DNA of 64,000 bases from NCBI GenBank assembly GCA_002633005.1, contig NMRA01000381.1, forward strand, positions 59,057 to 123,056. The letters are read 5' to 3'. A program made the position numbers and the translations under genes. This document shows, in pieces, positions 41,501-53,250 of this stretch. Under the pieces are notes generated by a model. The model made no database searches and was not told where the DNA came from. It saw only the letters and a list, made by a program, of their open reading frames with translations. Each line of letters begins with the position of its first letter. The stretch's first letter is position 1. Source of the DNA: Phoronis australis (Eukaryota; Animalia; Phoronida).

Positions 41501-44500
41501 CTAGCCAATAAGTATAAAATCGTCACAAGTGAGCAAAACACTGTTTCACTGAGAAATAGTCTGTTCAAACTCCAAACTAAAGACACTCAATACAACAACT
41601 ACTTAGTACAAGTGACATACCCTACACATGCCTGTCTCTGTAGTAATCTGGCCAAGTCGACTTAGTTGTCCTATGACGTCCTTGTGAGTGTACTTACAGA
41701 CAAAGTCCCAGAAACTCTGATAAACACAAAAATGTTAAACACAAAAAATTAAATTACCTCAATAATAAGTTACATCAACAGTAAAAGGAGATCAGAAGAT
41801 ATGTACAAAATGCGTACACTTCACATAAAATATCCCAAGTAGTTCTAAAGCAACACAAATCAAATAGCACCAAAGTTGGTTTTGTTGATGATAAAAACTC
41901 TCTGCTAACATCGTTGTGAACGCACAAGACACTTAAAATAATGTAACAGTAAAGAACTTAAAGGAGAATGCCACCCAAAAAACAACCTATTTTGTATCAA
42001 TTTAGATCAAGTAGTTCCACTCGATAACAGCAAGTACAGTTCATTTACCCGACACCTGACGGCAGACGGAGGTGTTGAAATTAACCAATGACGTCAGAGG
42101 TTTGAATGCAGTCTGCTCAGCAGTTCACAACACGCTTACTGGTGTCAGCTTATCACTTGAACTCATTGTTTTACACCAATAAATCATCAAAATTCAATGT
42201 AAAACCTTTACAAATACACCGAGTTCTTAAACGAACAGTATTTGAACGTCCAGTAGGCCAAATTACCAAGGTCGGTTGCGTGAGTTTGGGGCCTGTTCAG
42301 TGAAAAATTCGAATTATTCCGTGAAATACAGAGAGAAGAACATAGCTATGTGTTGTAATTTTAGACTTGCGATTTTTTTCAGTTCTAAACACACAAAACC
42401 CTTGTTATTCAGGCCTGATCAGGCCCGTCGTGGCCAGACTGAAGACATCACAAACATAAACCAGCCAAAGTTGGAAAGTAAACTTTGAGTCACGAAAAGA
42501 CTGTACTAGTGACCCAAAGAAATGAAGTGCATGTGATTATTTTGGTGAATTAGCCGCGAAACTGCAAATCTACTTGTCGGATGCAGCGAAGTCAGGTTCC
42601 CCTGCCACAGAACCATCAGGGCAAAAGTTATATCGTAACAATGATTCGAATAATGTATATGTATATTATCTGAATAAAGATTCCCCCAACATTTGACCAT
42701 AGGATATAAAACGGAGATATTGTTTCACAACAGCTTTCTGTCAGCAAGCATTGAATTAGCATGCGCTCACATGGCTTCGGTGCCCGGTCAATTAGCAATA
42801 TTGCATCTAAAGCCGGTAACGCAGTGATTTATACATTGCTGGCTTCTCAAAACATTTGCACTCGCTAAAACTGCAAAGGCATTACAAATTGTATCTAATG
42901 AGACAGACTTTGTTTCAGTTTTATATAAGCATTGGTTAGGGTGAGAATAATTCAATTTGAAAGAGAACGCACAATAATTAACATCAACATGGCAACTCGC
43001 AATTCTGACTTAGATGAGAGCTCATCCGACGAAGACTTCACAGGTCGATCGTTAGGTTTCACAGGCCACCACTTCAAAAAGGAATACACTGATCAAGAAA
43101 TACTAGAGAGGCGGCGTGACCGTGCACAGACAATGCTTGAACATATGAATAGTTCCAAAAACCGTTTAAATGACATGTCATGGTGTCAGTGTGCTAACTA
43201 CCCGATAATGACGCTTGCGTTTGCTTCCACGAAATTCCACAAATGAAACGCCTTGGAGAAGTGCAGATGTGGCTCACGGACCATCTTGATTTTGCACCGC
43301 GTCTAAATAGAGGTGTGCTTACGACGTATTTAGGCCACTGAGAAAAAGGACTGGCAAAAACATCCTATACCCAAAGGACCAAACAGAAGCCTGATGAATG
43401 AGTAAGTCATCAAACAGGTTATATAAAACGTTATGTTCTCATGCCTTGAATTTATAGTAATTGTTCATGTTTTCATGGCCAACTACAATTCTCCAAAATC
43501 AAAAACTGATTAACAACTAATCCGTGTTTCTTTGTCTCCTGCCTGCCGAACGCAAACACATTAGGCACAGCATCTGACTTCAGCCTCAGTCTTTTTTCTG
43601 CACTGGCATGAGCTGTTTGGTAAGCTGGCATTCGTATGTAAAATCACTGTCGTCGAAATGCCAACCACAGACACAGAGATGTTTCACGGCCTCATACTTG
43701 GTATTCACAGCGTACTTTTCATTCTTCACTACCACAAGCCACTTCCGAAAAACGATATACCCGCTTTCCTCGCTGCTTCATAGTTCGCACAAGCAGAAAC
43801 AGTACACCACACCATAGCGGCACTCACTCTGCAGAAGAACCACTGACGTCGCTGCGTCGTTTCTCACCTTCCTCACAGGTTAATGCGACACCTCTCGGCG
43901 AAGTAAGATCGACCATATAAGAGGAGACTGATGTGGATACAGACTGATTAAGATGGTAAAAAAAGACCAATTAAATCGGGTGGCATTTTCCTTTATAATC
44001 AAGTGCGGTACTGGTTATCCATTATGACACAGGTACATGGGCTTAGAAAATGCATATTATACATAGTATATCATTATGCTAATAATGCGCTAATTTGAGC
44101 AAATGAAAAATTAATTATTTATTTAAACTTCTTTAAAAGACTGGGTAACCACTTCAGTGAATACACTGATTTTCAAGTGGGCCCAATCGGAAATAATTAC
44201 ATGAAGTAAAATACAGACAGCTATGTACAACAAGATTGAAAAGATTAATAAATAAAATAAATTAGTATAAAAATTAGTTAATATGTACAATTAGCTGAAC
44301 AAATAAGATAAAATAGAGAAAAATAATGATGAGATGAAGCCTGCAGTCCCGAACCACGTACAAAATCCCAGTAATTCTGTTTGAAGACATGGACATTGGG
44401 AGCGTTCGCGAGGGTAGTCCCCAGCCCGTTGTAAGCGACAGCACCTCTGTAGGCAAAAGTCCTTTTGCCACAGTTGTTTTTAGGTTTAACTGATACTAGG

Positions 44501-47500
44501 CAGCCAGAAATACTCGCTCTAGTATTGTAATTGTGAGAATCTCTGACTGCTTTGAATTTAGTAGTTAGGTAATTAGGTGTGAGGCTATGTGTGGCTTTGT
44601 ACACCATAAAGTTTAAATGAAAGGCACGCCTGCTAACCAGGCTGCACCAACAAAGTTTATCGAGGAGGTCAGAAAAAGGAAAGTCATTATAGAGGACAAT
44701 AAAGTTGAGTATCAGCCACCCAACCTTGTTTTGTAATTTTTGAAGTCTATCCTGAAGGTATGATGCACAGTTACCCCATACAACATCACAGTAATCAAAG
44801 TGTGGTACAATTAGCCTGATCGACATAGTTCTTGACTCTGTACAAAAGCCCAGTCTGCTGAGAAACTAGCTCAAGGTAGGAGCTTTTCCCAAATTCTAGA
44901 AATATCCCACATTGGCCGACCCAAATTCAAGAACCATTGGAAAGACGGTAAAATTACACAAAATGTAGATTGTGAACACATTGGCTGAAATTTGAGAAAT
45001 ATAGTGAACGGCAAAATCACACTTGACCCAAATTCCAGAATCCAGAAAATTCAGTTTTTCGCGGGAGTTTCCATGTCCCAAATACTAAAGAATGTACCAA
45101 ATTAGAGAACTTTTACCGTAACTAGTATTTACAAACACGGGTGAATGTAAAATGTGGACATCTCTTTCCACCAGATATACAGTAATTTTGTAAACATGGC
45201 AGTATTGATGTAGCCTAGCATGCACCCCCACTGCGCAGTACAATGACATAAACAATACACAAGCAAAATAGGTTAATAAATCCTTTTGCAGTTGATACTT
45301 CTACAGATGACTACTAAATAAGAAATTCAGTGTTTCAATCTCAGGGATGGACAAGTTCGTTATATGTAATTATATTGGATGTCATCTGACTTTAACTAAT
45401 ATCCATAAAAAACTGAAGTACAAACAGAGACATACCAACTGAGGAATCGTGTTTGAAGCGGAAGAAGCTAGGAATTGGGAAATCTGCAACAAAATGAAAG
45501 AAATGTTAATTACGTAACATAGGCAACAAAAAGATGTAAAAGCGAAGGAGAAATCATTATAGGTGGAAGGAGAGGCATGAGGCAATCTACCTTGATAGAC
45601 AAAACCAAAAGTTTGACTTCCTGTGAATCTTTAAGATGTGCATGAACATTATTTCCCTGCAACCTACAGTCTTGATTACCCACTGATTGTATCATAGTTA
45701 CATTCACACTGTTCGGAAAAGATTTTAAAATGCTCCCCTTTTGCATGAGGGGCTATAAAAAATAGGACTTTTACGGTTTTCATGAAAAATTTTTGAAAAG
45801 TTGCATAAAACAAAAACTAAATGATAACTTAGAAAACCATAACAGCCATTTTGTGATTTCGTCTTGAACACTTATGTCATACAAACCTGGTCATGATTTT
45901 GATACCATTGGTGATGATATTGATACCACCGGGTCATGATATTGATATTGATACTGATGTTTTCTTATCAACGTACCAGTCTTTTATGATTTAACTTTCA
46001 CCAAAAAAGACACGAACATGTTACCCAATTGGCAGATTGGTAAAACAGACAACAAGAGCAATGTGGAGAGTTGAAATGCACCCACGACAGCACCGCAAAC
46101 GGTGTGCTTCTACAGGTCATAAAAATGGCCGTAAAATGGCACAGAATGCGTCAAACCCACCTGAATTGAGAAGGTGGCATCATCTTTTTAATACCAAAAT
46201 ATTTGCCAAATTTCATGAAAATAAGCCAAGGAAATCCAAAGATAAGTAAACGTAAAAAAACAATTGATACCAGGGGGCACAGAAAGAGTCCGGTTGGTCT
46301 GAAACTCATCGTCAGCTGTTGCCAAATCCACCAAATTACATACAGATCCCCTAAAGGGTTAAGGAGAAATAGCCGTAGACGAAAAAAGAAAAATTACCCC
46401 TACAGAGCATCAGAATAATCAAAATCATCTGAAAATCAATGTCAGCTGCAGGCTTCACATCAGGAATACAACAGTCAATTTTCATAATAATCTTTTGAGT
46501 GGTTTGGCAGACAGAGAGGAGGACGTCAAAACATATGCAAGGATTTTTAAATGGCCACCAGGTGGCACAAAAATCTGTCCGAAAATGCGAAGGCGTTGTC
46601 GTCTCCTTATTAGAAACCTATTCGCCGAATTTGATGAAAATACATTTATGATCTCCAAAGGAACAGAGGCAAGTGTAAAAAACATTTTGCCACTAGGGGG
46701 CACAATGGTAGTTGAATCAGTTCAACACTCTTTACCATTTGTCGTTGGCTCCATAGGAACACATCTTTCACAAAACTCCTTCAAAGGGTTAAGGAGATTC
46801 AGCCGCAGATGAAAAAAAAAATGCCACTAGGGGACAATACAGTAGTCGGAAAGTGGAATAGCATCGTTGTCTTTTTTAAAGCCTACAAACCCAATTACAT
46901 GGAAATGCATCAAGGAACTCCGAAGGTACAGGAACAAACGTAAAAATAAAATTGCCACCAGTAGTAGTCGGATCGGTCCGGAACACACCTGCCAAATTTC
47001 AGTAAGATCCTGCAAGGGGTTTAGGAGATACAGCAGCAGACGCTGGACGCCCAGACAAATGACAACAATATGAAACCACAAACAAATGGGCGCATAAAAC
47101 TTAAAATTCTAAACACTTTCAGAAAATATTCTTTAATCTATAGAATTAAAATCTACAGTTTTGCAGATGTTTGACTAAATACACAGACTTGCTAGGAAAG
47201 CAAAAAAACAAAATCTTGAATGTCAAAGATTAGAGACGGTAGATGTAAATGGTAATTCAAACTTACAAAAGTAGTAATACGTACCTTTGACGAGACTGAT
47301 GATGAGAGGGATACCTTCAAGCCATGTAAGAATACTGCTTCAATAGCTTGACATAGACAATTGGCAGTCTCATCACTGTACAAAAACAGAATATAATAGT
47401 TAAAGCTGCAATAAATCCATGCCTTTAGTCACAGCCAATTTTCATGAAACCAGTTTCATCTGGTTCCTTAAAGTTTTCAAAATGATTGAAGCACTGATTA

Positions 47501-49016
47501 TTCCTCATTACTTCAGACCAGGGTCAGTGCGGTTATTTCACACCAGGGTCAGTGCGGTTACTTCACACCAGGGTCATTGCGGTTACTTCAGACCAGGGTC
47601 ATTGCGGTTACTTCAGACCAAGGTCAGTGCGGTTACTTTTCACAGCCGGTTAGTTTCAACTGCAGTACCAGTGTTGGTAGAAGACCAATTCCACGCATTC
47701 TATTGCCAGCAATTTCTTAAAATTTTGGATATGAATTATACTGGATTTAAAGGTACAGCTTCCGAAAACCCAACCTCCGTTCATCAATAGCTATGAAGAA
47801 GGAAGACTCGTTACTTTAATTTGTACAAACAGAACCCTGCAAATTGTATCACATTGACCCATTTAACCCTTTTAAAATACAAATCAACATGTTGGACTAT
47901 GAAAATAACCAGTTTCCGACATCTTTCCTCAAACAACAACTTGATTGTAGTGTGTAACACAAGCTCTAAGTCAAGTTCAATTTTTGATAAAGATATGGCA
48001 AGTGATAGCCATGAAATTCTTTCCAAATGATCTAAGTTTAATACACAGTTTTTGTTGATAATTGATTCTTACTTTTTTAATGTGGCAGTTTGTGTTTTAA
48101 TGTACATCGTCTTTATTAAATAATAAACAATTTTAATCCAGGCCAATTTTTCAATGTTCATACATTATGTTTAGTGACAAATAGTAGACTAACCATTTTA
48201 GAGTGCTGTTTTACATTAGCAATAATTACACTCTTCTTTTAGAGGTCAATACCCATGTTTAACAGATGATACCTAGACCTGAAATTTCTTAATTTTCACT
48301 TTTCAATGTTTGCTTTAACGCCCTCCCTGTATTTTTACGATGGAGCCTTTTGTAAAAGGAGTCCATCTTGCATGACTTGGAGCACCCAAAAACAAACATT
48401 CCACCCTTGTATAGGAAGTCAGACGTGACCATGGCTCCCAGGGCGTTAAATCGATTAACCATGCTGATAAGCATTCACTCCCAATCTTTCAAACATTTCG
48501 TTTTTAAATAGCCATGGTCAGCTTAACACCTACCACACAACTTCTAAAATCTTTGAAGTTAAAGCGCTCTGGGCAATAACCCAGAGAAGTAAGGTATTAA
48601 CCTGTAAATTGGCTGGTCTTGTGCATATGCATACTGCTGCTGAAATGCCTTCAAAGAGGTAGCAACACTCAATGTGATGGACTTCTTGACTTTATCTTCT
48701 TCTAGGTCACCACCACCAGCTACAACACAAGGTCTTAATGTAAGATTGGAAAGAGGGTGGAACATCAATAGTTATAGCCATGGCAACTTACAGATTTAAT
48801 GTGTAATTTTGATGCCATAAATTTTAATTTTAGTCTTCATACAGCCAGCTAGCTGGCCAAGTATTAAGTTGTCCATAAACCTTGGTGCCAAGCTGAGTAA
48901 ATATAGATTTGCACCGATTTGGGCAAAGTGGCCGAATAAAAGGTGACAAAAATGAATGTAATTAAAAAATACCTTGAGTAAACTAAATTAGTTACCAGTG
49001 CTAAAAAAACTGCCAT
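24449..49016 (-). CDS. PLEKHM1: PLEKHM1-like RUN + Rubicon-homology (RH/DUF4206) Rab7 effector
   Basis: Exons: probable first 49016-48973 (uncertain), 48719(or 48733)-48602, 47375-47285 (ANCLCQAIEAVFLHGL), 45483-45436, 41716-41621 (FWDFVCKYTHKDV..L..ITTETGMCR), ~41253-41109 (IRIALND..LESY; acceptor damaged), 40792-40661, 40266-39406, 39229-39093, 33597-33529, 31514-31412 (EKGLDKQSYQCMGCQRPIG), 28518-28396 (YYCNECH..IPSRILYNWD), 27336-27224, 26236-26105, 25613-25443 (HVYDCSLCRQKGFICEIC..IYPFE), 24583-24449 (CSKCKSVFHKPC..CPKC..stop). The motifs follow the PLEKHM1 RUN and RH domains in order, and phases match at all junctions except the two noted. Confidence 0.9.
26271..26436. repeat. 34-bp minisatellite x~5
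   Basis: TGCAGTGATATTACAACACAAAATATCTTAGTAA. Confidence 0.9.
29061..29500. repeat. (GT)n microsatellite seen twice (29061-29115 and 29459-29500) flanking the maT left end
   Basis: Direct inspection. Other microsatellites: (GT)n ~52040-52083, (TA)n 55833-55884. Confidence 0.9.
29253..29457. mobile_element. Left end of a TA-inserting MITE-like element, cut by the N join
   Basis: TA|CGGTAAAGTCGCGTGATTTTCGGACAC with repeated GTCCGAATTT/CGGAC motifs; it interrupts a duplicate of the maT left end. Confidence 0.55.
29502..31038 (+). mobile_element. Degenerate Tc1/mariner transposon, DD37D (maT-type)
   Basis: TIRs TCAGGTGTC(G/T)CAAAAAAGT at both ends, TA on the left and TG on the right. Transposase pieces IIFTNEKDF, FQQDGAPSH, SPDCNPVDFAIW, with 37 residues between the second and third catalytic Asp; several frameshifts. 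Confidence 0.9.
32717..32854. mobile_element. MITE (fold-back)
   Basis: GTTCAGTAATGCTAGGACCT / AGGTCCTAGCGTTACTGAAC 20-bp inverted termini. Confidence 0.7.
33644..33980. repeat. ~53-bp minisatellite x~6
   Basis: GGTCAGGCCAA(T/C)CAGTATGCACGTCTGCAGCCAAGCTTATTATAGTGACATAC. Confidence 0.9.
34529..37065 (+). mobile_element. Helentron-like (HINE) repeat, copy 3 (composite; 3' end duplicated at 37799-38037)
   Basis: Start AACAAGAGCAACACACTATGTTGAAATGTGCTCATGAC, the same subunit motifs, and 3' hairpin ATGCGCCACAT..ATGTGTGTGCATAAAA. Confidence 0.65.
37118..38357. repeat. 53-bp minisatellite present twice (37118-37318 and 38090-38357) because of haplotype duplication
   Basis: AAATTATACATTAGAAATAAACATAATTGTCAGTAACATGGCCTTCACCATG(A/C). 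Confidence 0.85.
37320..37798 (-). mobile_element. Partial LTR of an LTR retrotransposon, cut by the N join
   Basis: The minus strand begins TGTCAGAATATAGTCTGACA and has a TATAAAA box (plus 37457-37463) and short internal direct repeats (TTCTAGAAAGTTCCACACTAT x2). It is absent from the other copy of the same flank at 36827. Confidence 0.6.
38743..38864. repeat. Tandem duplication, ~59-bp unit
   Basis: TTAAAGACTTAAATCAGAAATTTTGTCTAATGCTCAGCATAGCTATTTTCAAAAATGTT x2. Confidence 0.85.
41252..41390. repeat. 55-bp minisatellite x2.5 abutting a RUN-domain exon
   Basis: ATACAGTGTACTCCAGCAGCTCAACACAACAAACAAACACATAAATTGATACTCT. Confidence 0.9.
42989..43401 (+). pseudogene. KolX-like / P2X7-ballast-like cysteine-rich protein, exon 1 (frameshifted)
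   Basis: MATRNSDLDESSSDEDF..EYTDQE..RLNDMSWCQCANYPIMT / CVCFHEI..LTDHLDF..LNRGVL, followed by a GTAAGT donor at 43402. Confidence 0.65.
43554..43815 (-). pseudogene. THAP zinc-finger N-terminus of the Kolobok transposase (frameshifted; catalytic core deleted)
   Basis: MVWCTVSACANY..AGISFF / RKWLVVVK..HLCVCGWHFDDSDF..LKSDAVPNVF: C2CH residues plus the AVP box. Confidence 0.85.
44105..44880 (-). mobile_element. 3' fragment of a CR1/L2-group LINE
   Basis: LIVPHFDYCDVVWGNC..LQKLQNK..YKATHSLTPNYL..HNYNTR..GKRTFAYRGA, then a 3' UTR GGGCCCACTTGAAAATCAG..CTGAAGTGGTTACCC and an AATAAA-rich tail. Confidence 0.85.
46051..47099 (+). mobile_element. Helentron-like (HINE) repeat, copy 4
   Basis: Start AACAAGAGCAATGTGGAGAGTTGAAATGCACCCACG, subunits with CCACCAGGTGGCAC and CCACTAGGGGGCAC, end GGGCGCATAAAA. 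Confidence 0.7.
47508..47638. repeat. 25-bp minisatellite x5
   Basis: TTACTTCA(G/C)ACCAGGGTCA(G/T)TGCGG. Confidence 0.9.
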
Positions 49017-50749
49017 TCTGACATTATTCTGCAGCTTAATTTGTGGAGCGATCTTTGCGTCGGCCAATTTCTTTCTTCCCAATTCTTCAATCAACTACTT
49101 CTCTTTCACAAGATTGATTGCGTACATGTCACAACAAATTATCAGAATTAGTTTCACTTCGTTATACATTTTAGTATTTCAATACCAGCAAACAGGATTT
49201 TTGAGCGAATTTTGTTTCGGTAAAGCAGTCATCATCTCCCAAAAGATGTTGCAAAAAAGTATACTACATAGCGCGACCGTACATGTCGTAATGATTTCAA
49301 GTCGACCACAGTCTTTTTTGTTACAACAGTCCACGAAACAAGAAAATAGTGTTTATTAGATTGTTTTTCACGGCTGCAACCAGTAAGGCAAGTCAGTGCA
49401 GGTTGTCTGCCAGATTTCTCACAGACTCCCTCCGGTCATTCAATCTACATATTGATATGTGTTATAAGACAAGCTGACAAACAGAACAACAGAACTACTC
49501 GGGCGGTGTGAAATGTCAAGGTCAATGTGAAGGTAACACTGACACATTCCTAGCTGCATTTTTACGGTTTTCTTCATAAAAAGACATAGCTCTTTTAGGA
49601 AACCTATTGCGATGTATTGCCTACCACTGACATATACGCACGTACGCACACACATACATACATACATACATACGTACATGCATACATACATATATATATA
49701 ACATAATGTTCTAGTTTTCTCCAAATCTGAAAATCTAAACTAGTCGCACGCGTAAAAACTACAATGAACATGCTGGAACCGCACGACAGTCAACGTTCTC
49801 CGTAGGCTAGTGTGCGCCTTATTTTTACCCATGCACTTCAACAGTAATGCAGTGTAGTGCAAACAAATAACTGTTTGTTCAACCTTTTATTTTCAAAAGG
49901 TGGACTTATTTACAAACATATCACAAAAACCATTTGTTTAGTGAATGACTTTAAAATGGAAGTATACAAAGACGTGTTTGAAACAGCATGGGGAAATATT
50001 TTACTCAATACTTGTGAATTCAGCATCAACTAAGTCCAAAAAGTCTAAGATAGAGTTAAACTTTTCCCATGAAGTAGACAGCCCAAGTGAACTGTCTTTG
50101 TAAAGCCAGTCACATTTCTATGTCTTGACAGCCGAGTCTACATTTTCTCTCAGTCTAACGTCTTGCACAACATTCTTATAGTTAATACTTGGACCCGCAT
50201 TTTCTGTCTGAATTCGATGTTCTGAAGTTGGTATAACATTAAACTTCGGCATTACCAGAATTCTTGTAAAAACTGCAAAATATGCGAGTCCTCCATCATG
50301 AATACAAATTAGATAAACAAAACAATTCACATGCGTTTCCATTTACTTGGACGGAAGCGTTTGGGCTGTTCATGAAAACCAATATTTCTAGTAAGATATT
50401 GACTGGATTGTCAAACGCTTGCAACTATGGAATTCCCATAATTTTCAGGACTGTCACTAACTTATTCTTCCAGCTGAGAACCATCTATTCTCAAGTTGGA
50501 GCGAATTATGAGAATGCCGATGTCGGATGTTGTCAGCAGTCCACCGTTCATGGTACAGATATTTGTGATTCGTTGCCTGAGCCCGGCAGAATAACCACCA
50601 TCCGGATCTGGATTATCTGTCATAACTGCATCTGAGTCAATGTCAGTATCCGAAATATCTCTCAGTTTTCAAAATACTCCTAGCAGTCCTTCTACGCCTT
50701 CCTGCAGCAGACGACATTACTAAGTATGGAGAATGCACACGTCAATCGG

Positions 50750-50910
50750 TAACGGAAGCCAGGATAGAGTTCAATAATGCAAAGACCACACTAGGTAAAC
50801 AAAACTCTGAGAGATTACGTGATAATACCATGTGTTTTCAATGAGATCACGTGATTTTGGCTACAATTTCTCACCGCATCATATTTTGAACTTTACCCAG
50901 TGACGTCACT
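50750..50910. promoter_or_regulatory. Cluster of promoter-like motifs (ETS, E-box/CLEAR core, CRE)
   Basis: CGGAAG at ~50753, ATCACGTGAT at 50846-50855 and palindromic AGTGACGTCACT at 50899-50910, in a locally CpG-richer stretch upstream of the PLEKHM1-like gene. Confidence 0.35.
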
Positions 50911-52042
50911 AGCTGTCCCAAGTCTCGGAATTACTCCCCCAAAACTGCAAACGTCGCGCACAGACGCTACTGAAGTTGAGTTGCGAACGGTTTGGCAGAT
51001 TTTCAGAGGGAGTATGCGCCACAGATATAATGCTTATGCTGCCAACGAAACTGCTTACAAGGCAATGAGATGAACAAAGACAGTCTCGATGGGCTGGTGG
51101 CACCAAAAGTAACCAATAATATTTATCTAAGTGAGAAATACACAAACAATAACCAATGAGAGTCAGCAAAAACAGTTCCAGGCAAAGGTTTGTCGAGACT
51201 GGTATCTGTAAGACAGACCAGCGCCGTAGGGCACACGGAATATTGAAAAATGTGCTACGAAAATAAATTTCTGGCCACCCAAGAGATGGCTGTTGCATCA
51301 ACTCCTGCACAAGGGTGTATTTGCTGACTAGCTACACTTCGCCGAACTAACCAATGAGCCTTAATTAATTTCAATGGGTTGTATGATCAGTTGTCTGCCG
51401 AACACAAAAAGGTGACTACAAAAGTGATTAGGCTTAACGATCTGCGACTTTCGTTGACTAGTCGAGATGAATTGAAAACATGATTGAGAGATTATTTGCT
51501 AGCTGCCTCACACCATAAATAGAATAGCCTCCCAGTCTGCCGCTTGAGTGAGTTCGGTGATTAGGCTTTTGGCAACTGACCACTTAACATTTATTCAGTT
51601 TCAAAGGGCTATGGCCAGTTGCTTACAAGCACACTTTGAACCAGTGAAGACATTACTAGCGACGACGACATCTTTTTTACCAACTGGTCCCTATTTTTTA
51701 AACCGGTCGTGGTATTTTTAAACAGGACGCGGGACATCTAAACAGGATAAGCGTTCGGCCAAACAGGACGCTGCGACATGTTAAAAGCAGTCGTGGAGAA
51801 CACTGATATAAATATATACATATGCCACTGTTGCTACCACTATATAAAAAGTACCCTTATCCAGATAGTTCCCAATAGGACAATTTCACCAGGTCTTACT
51901 ACTTTGAAATTAAATTCTAAGAGCTTTGTAGCATTTTAGTAAAAAGCAGACATCATAAAAAGCTCCAATGTTCCTCAATGACCGAGCGTCCAATACCTTT
52001 GATCTGATTTTGATTGTAAATAGCTGTTGCGTGGCATTTTGT

Positions 52043-52084
<42 letters not shown>

Positions 52085-52089
52085 ACACG

Positions 52090-53250
52090 CGCGTCTTGAG
52101 TGTACACCTCTGGTTTTGTGAAGATGTACTTTTTGAAGTGTCCAGGCTGGAGTTCAGTTGTGCATTACCTACGTGAAGTCTGACTGCTATAAGTCCGGTA
52201 AGTGTATCTCCTGAACTACCTGCCTGCAGGCCACGTTTATTATTTTGGTGTAGTAGGCATCAATTCAGGAGTAACGACTTACAACCGGGGTTTTTCATTT
52301 TTCATGCCGGTACCTTTCCTGAAGTGGCAGAGGGTAGCACGTACGTCACGTGGGCTTTCTCGTTGTGTTTTGTAGTTGTATTGTTGGTTGTTTTACTGTT
52401 GATTCAAGCGGGACTGCAATGAGTAAATATTGTATTTGATTTGCTGTTTGTTAATTATCAATTTAGTTTTCTCCCGATTCCGTGCATGGTTTTCAGTTTT
52501 GTCAGAAGTCAGAGTTGTGGGTTTGATACATCAATAAGTAATTATGGCCTCTCCTTCACAGATGGCCACCAAATTTCCGCCAGTTTCAATCACCCCTATC
52601 AGCACGAGTGGAAGTGGGGGGATTAAGTACGATGTAAAATCCCAGCTTCCAGTAAGTTATTTTTTCAGGGAAATTTGGAACATGGGACGACTTTCAATGG
52701 AAGTTTCAAAATTTGGCGTGTGACAATTTTTGGCCTGCACATAAGTGCCGTACAGAGTTGGGGTTGTGCCTTGAGGGGGACGCAGCTCGTTGGTTTTTGA
52801 ATTTCATGAAGGAATCCAGATGCATACTTTGATGACATTATTGAGGTGATGTTTAATCAGTTTGGATCCGAAGTTGGAGGTATCGAGTTGCACCAACTTC
52901 GGTTTCATGTTGCATTTCAAGATATAGATGAATCTCTGGACCAGTGGGTGGATCGTCTTACTTGCCTGTTTCTCAAGGCTTTTCCGGATGCCAGACCCTT
53001 TGATAAGTCCCAGTCAGTATTGAGGTTTTGTCAGGGGATGCGTGATAAAGACGTGGGTCAGTATACAATAAACAATAACCCTGCAACTACTGTTGATGCG
53101 TTAACATCGGCTCATTGGTTTTCAACCACTAAAGATCTAATGCAAATAACACCAAGGTCTGTCGATGATGAACTCGAGGGTTTATCTGTAAGACAGGTGA
53201 ATCGTTAACCCGCTCTTAAATTTACCCCGCGGTGTACTGTTAAGTCGCGT
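52090..53250 (+). mobile_element. Gypsy-like LTR retrotransposon relic with frameshifted gag (capsid)
   Basis: 52678-53208: WDDFQWKFQNLACDNFW..LGLCLEGDAARWF / FDDIIEVMFNQFG..FQDIDESLDQWVDRL..LKAFPD..LRFCQGMRD..NPAT. The upstream ~500 bp looks LTR/leader-like; boundaries approximate. Confidence 0.7.

Larger units (their letters stand above)
41962..43992. mobile_element. Internally deleted Kolobok transposon with THAP-transposase and KolX-like remnants
   Basis: TTAA|AGGAGAATGCCACCC ... GGGTGGCATTTTCCT|TTAT; contains two convergent degenerate ORFs (next two entries). Confidence 0.8.
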
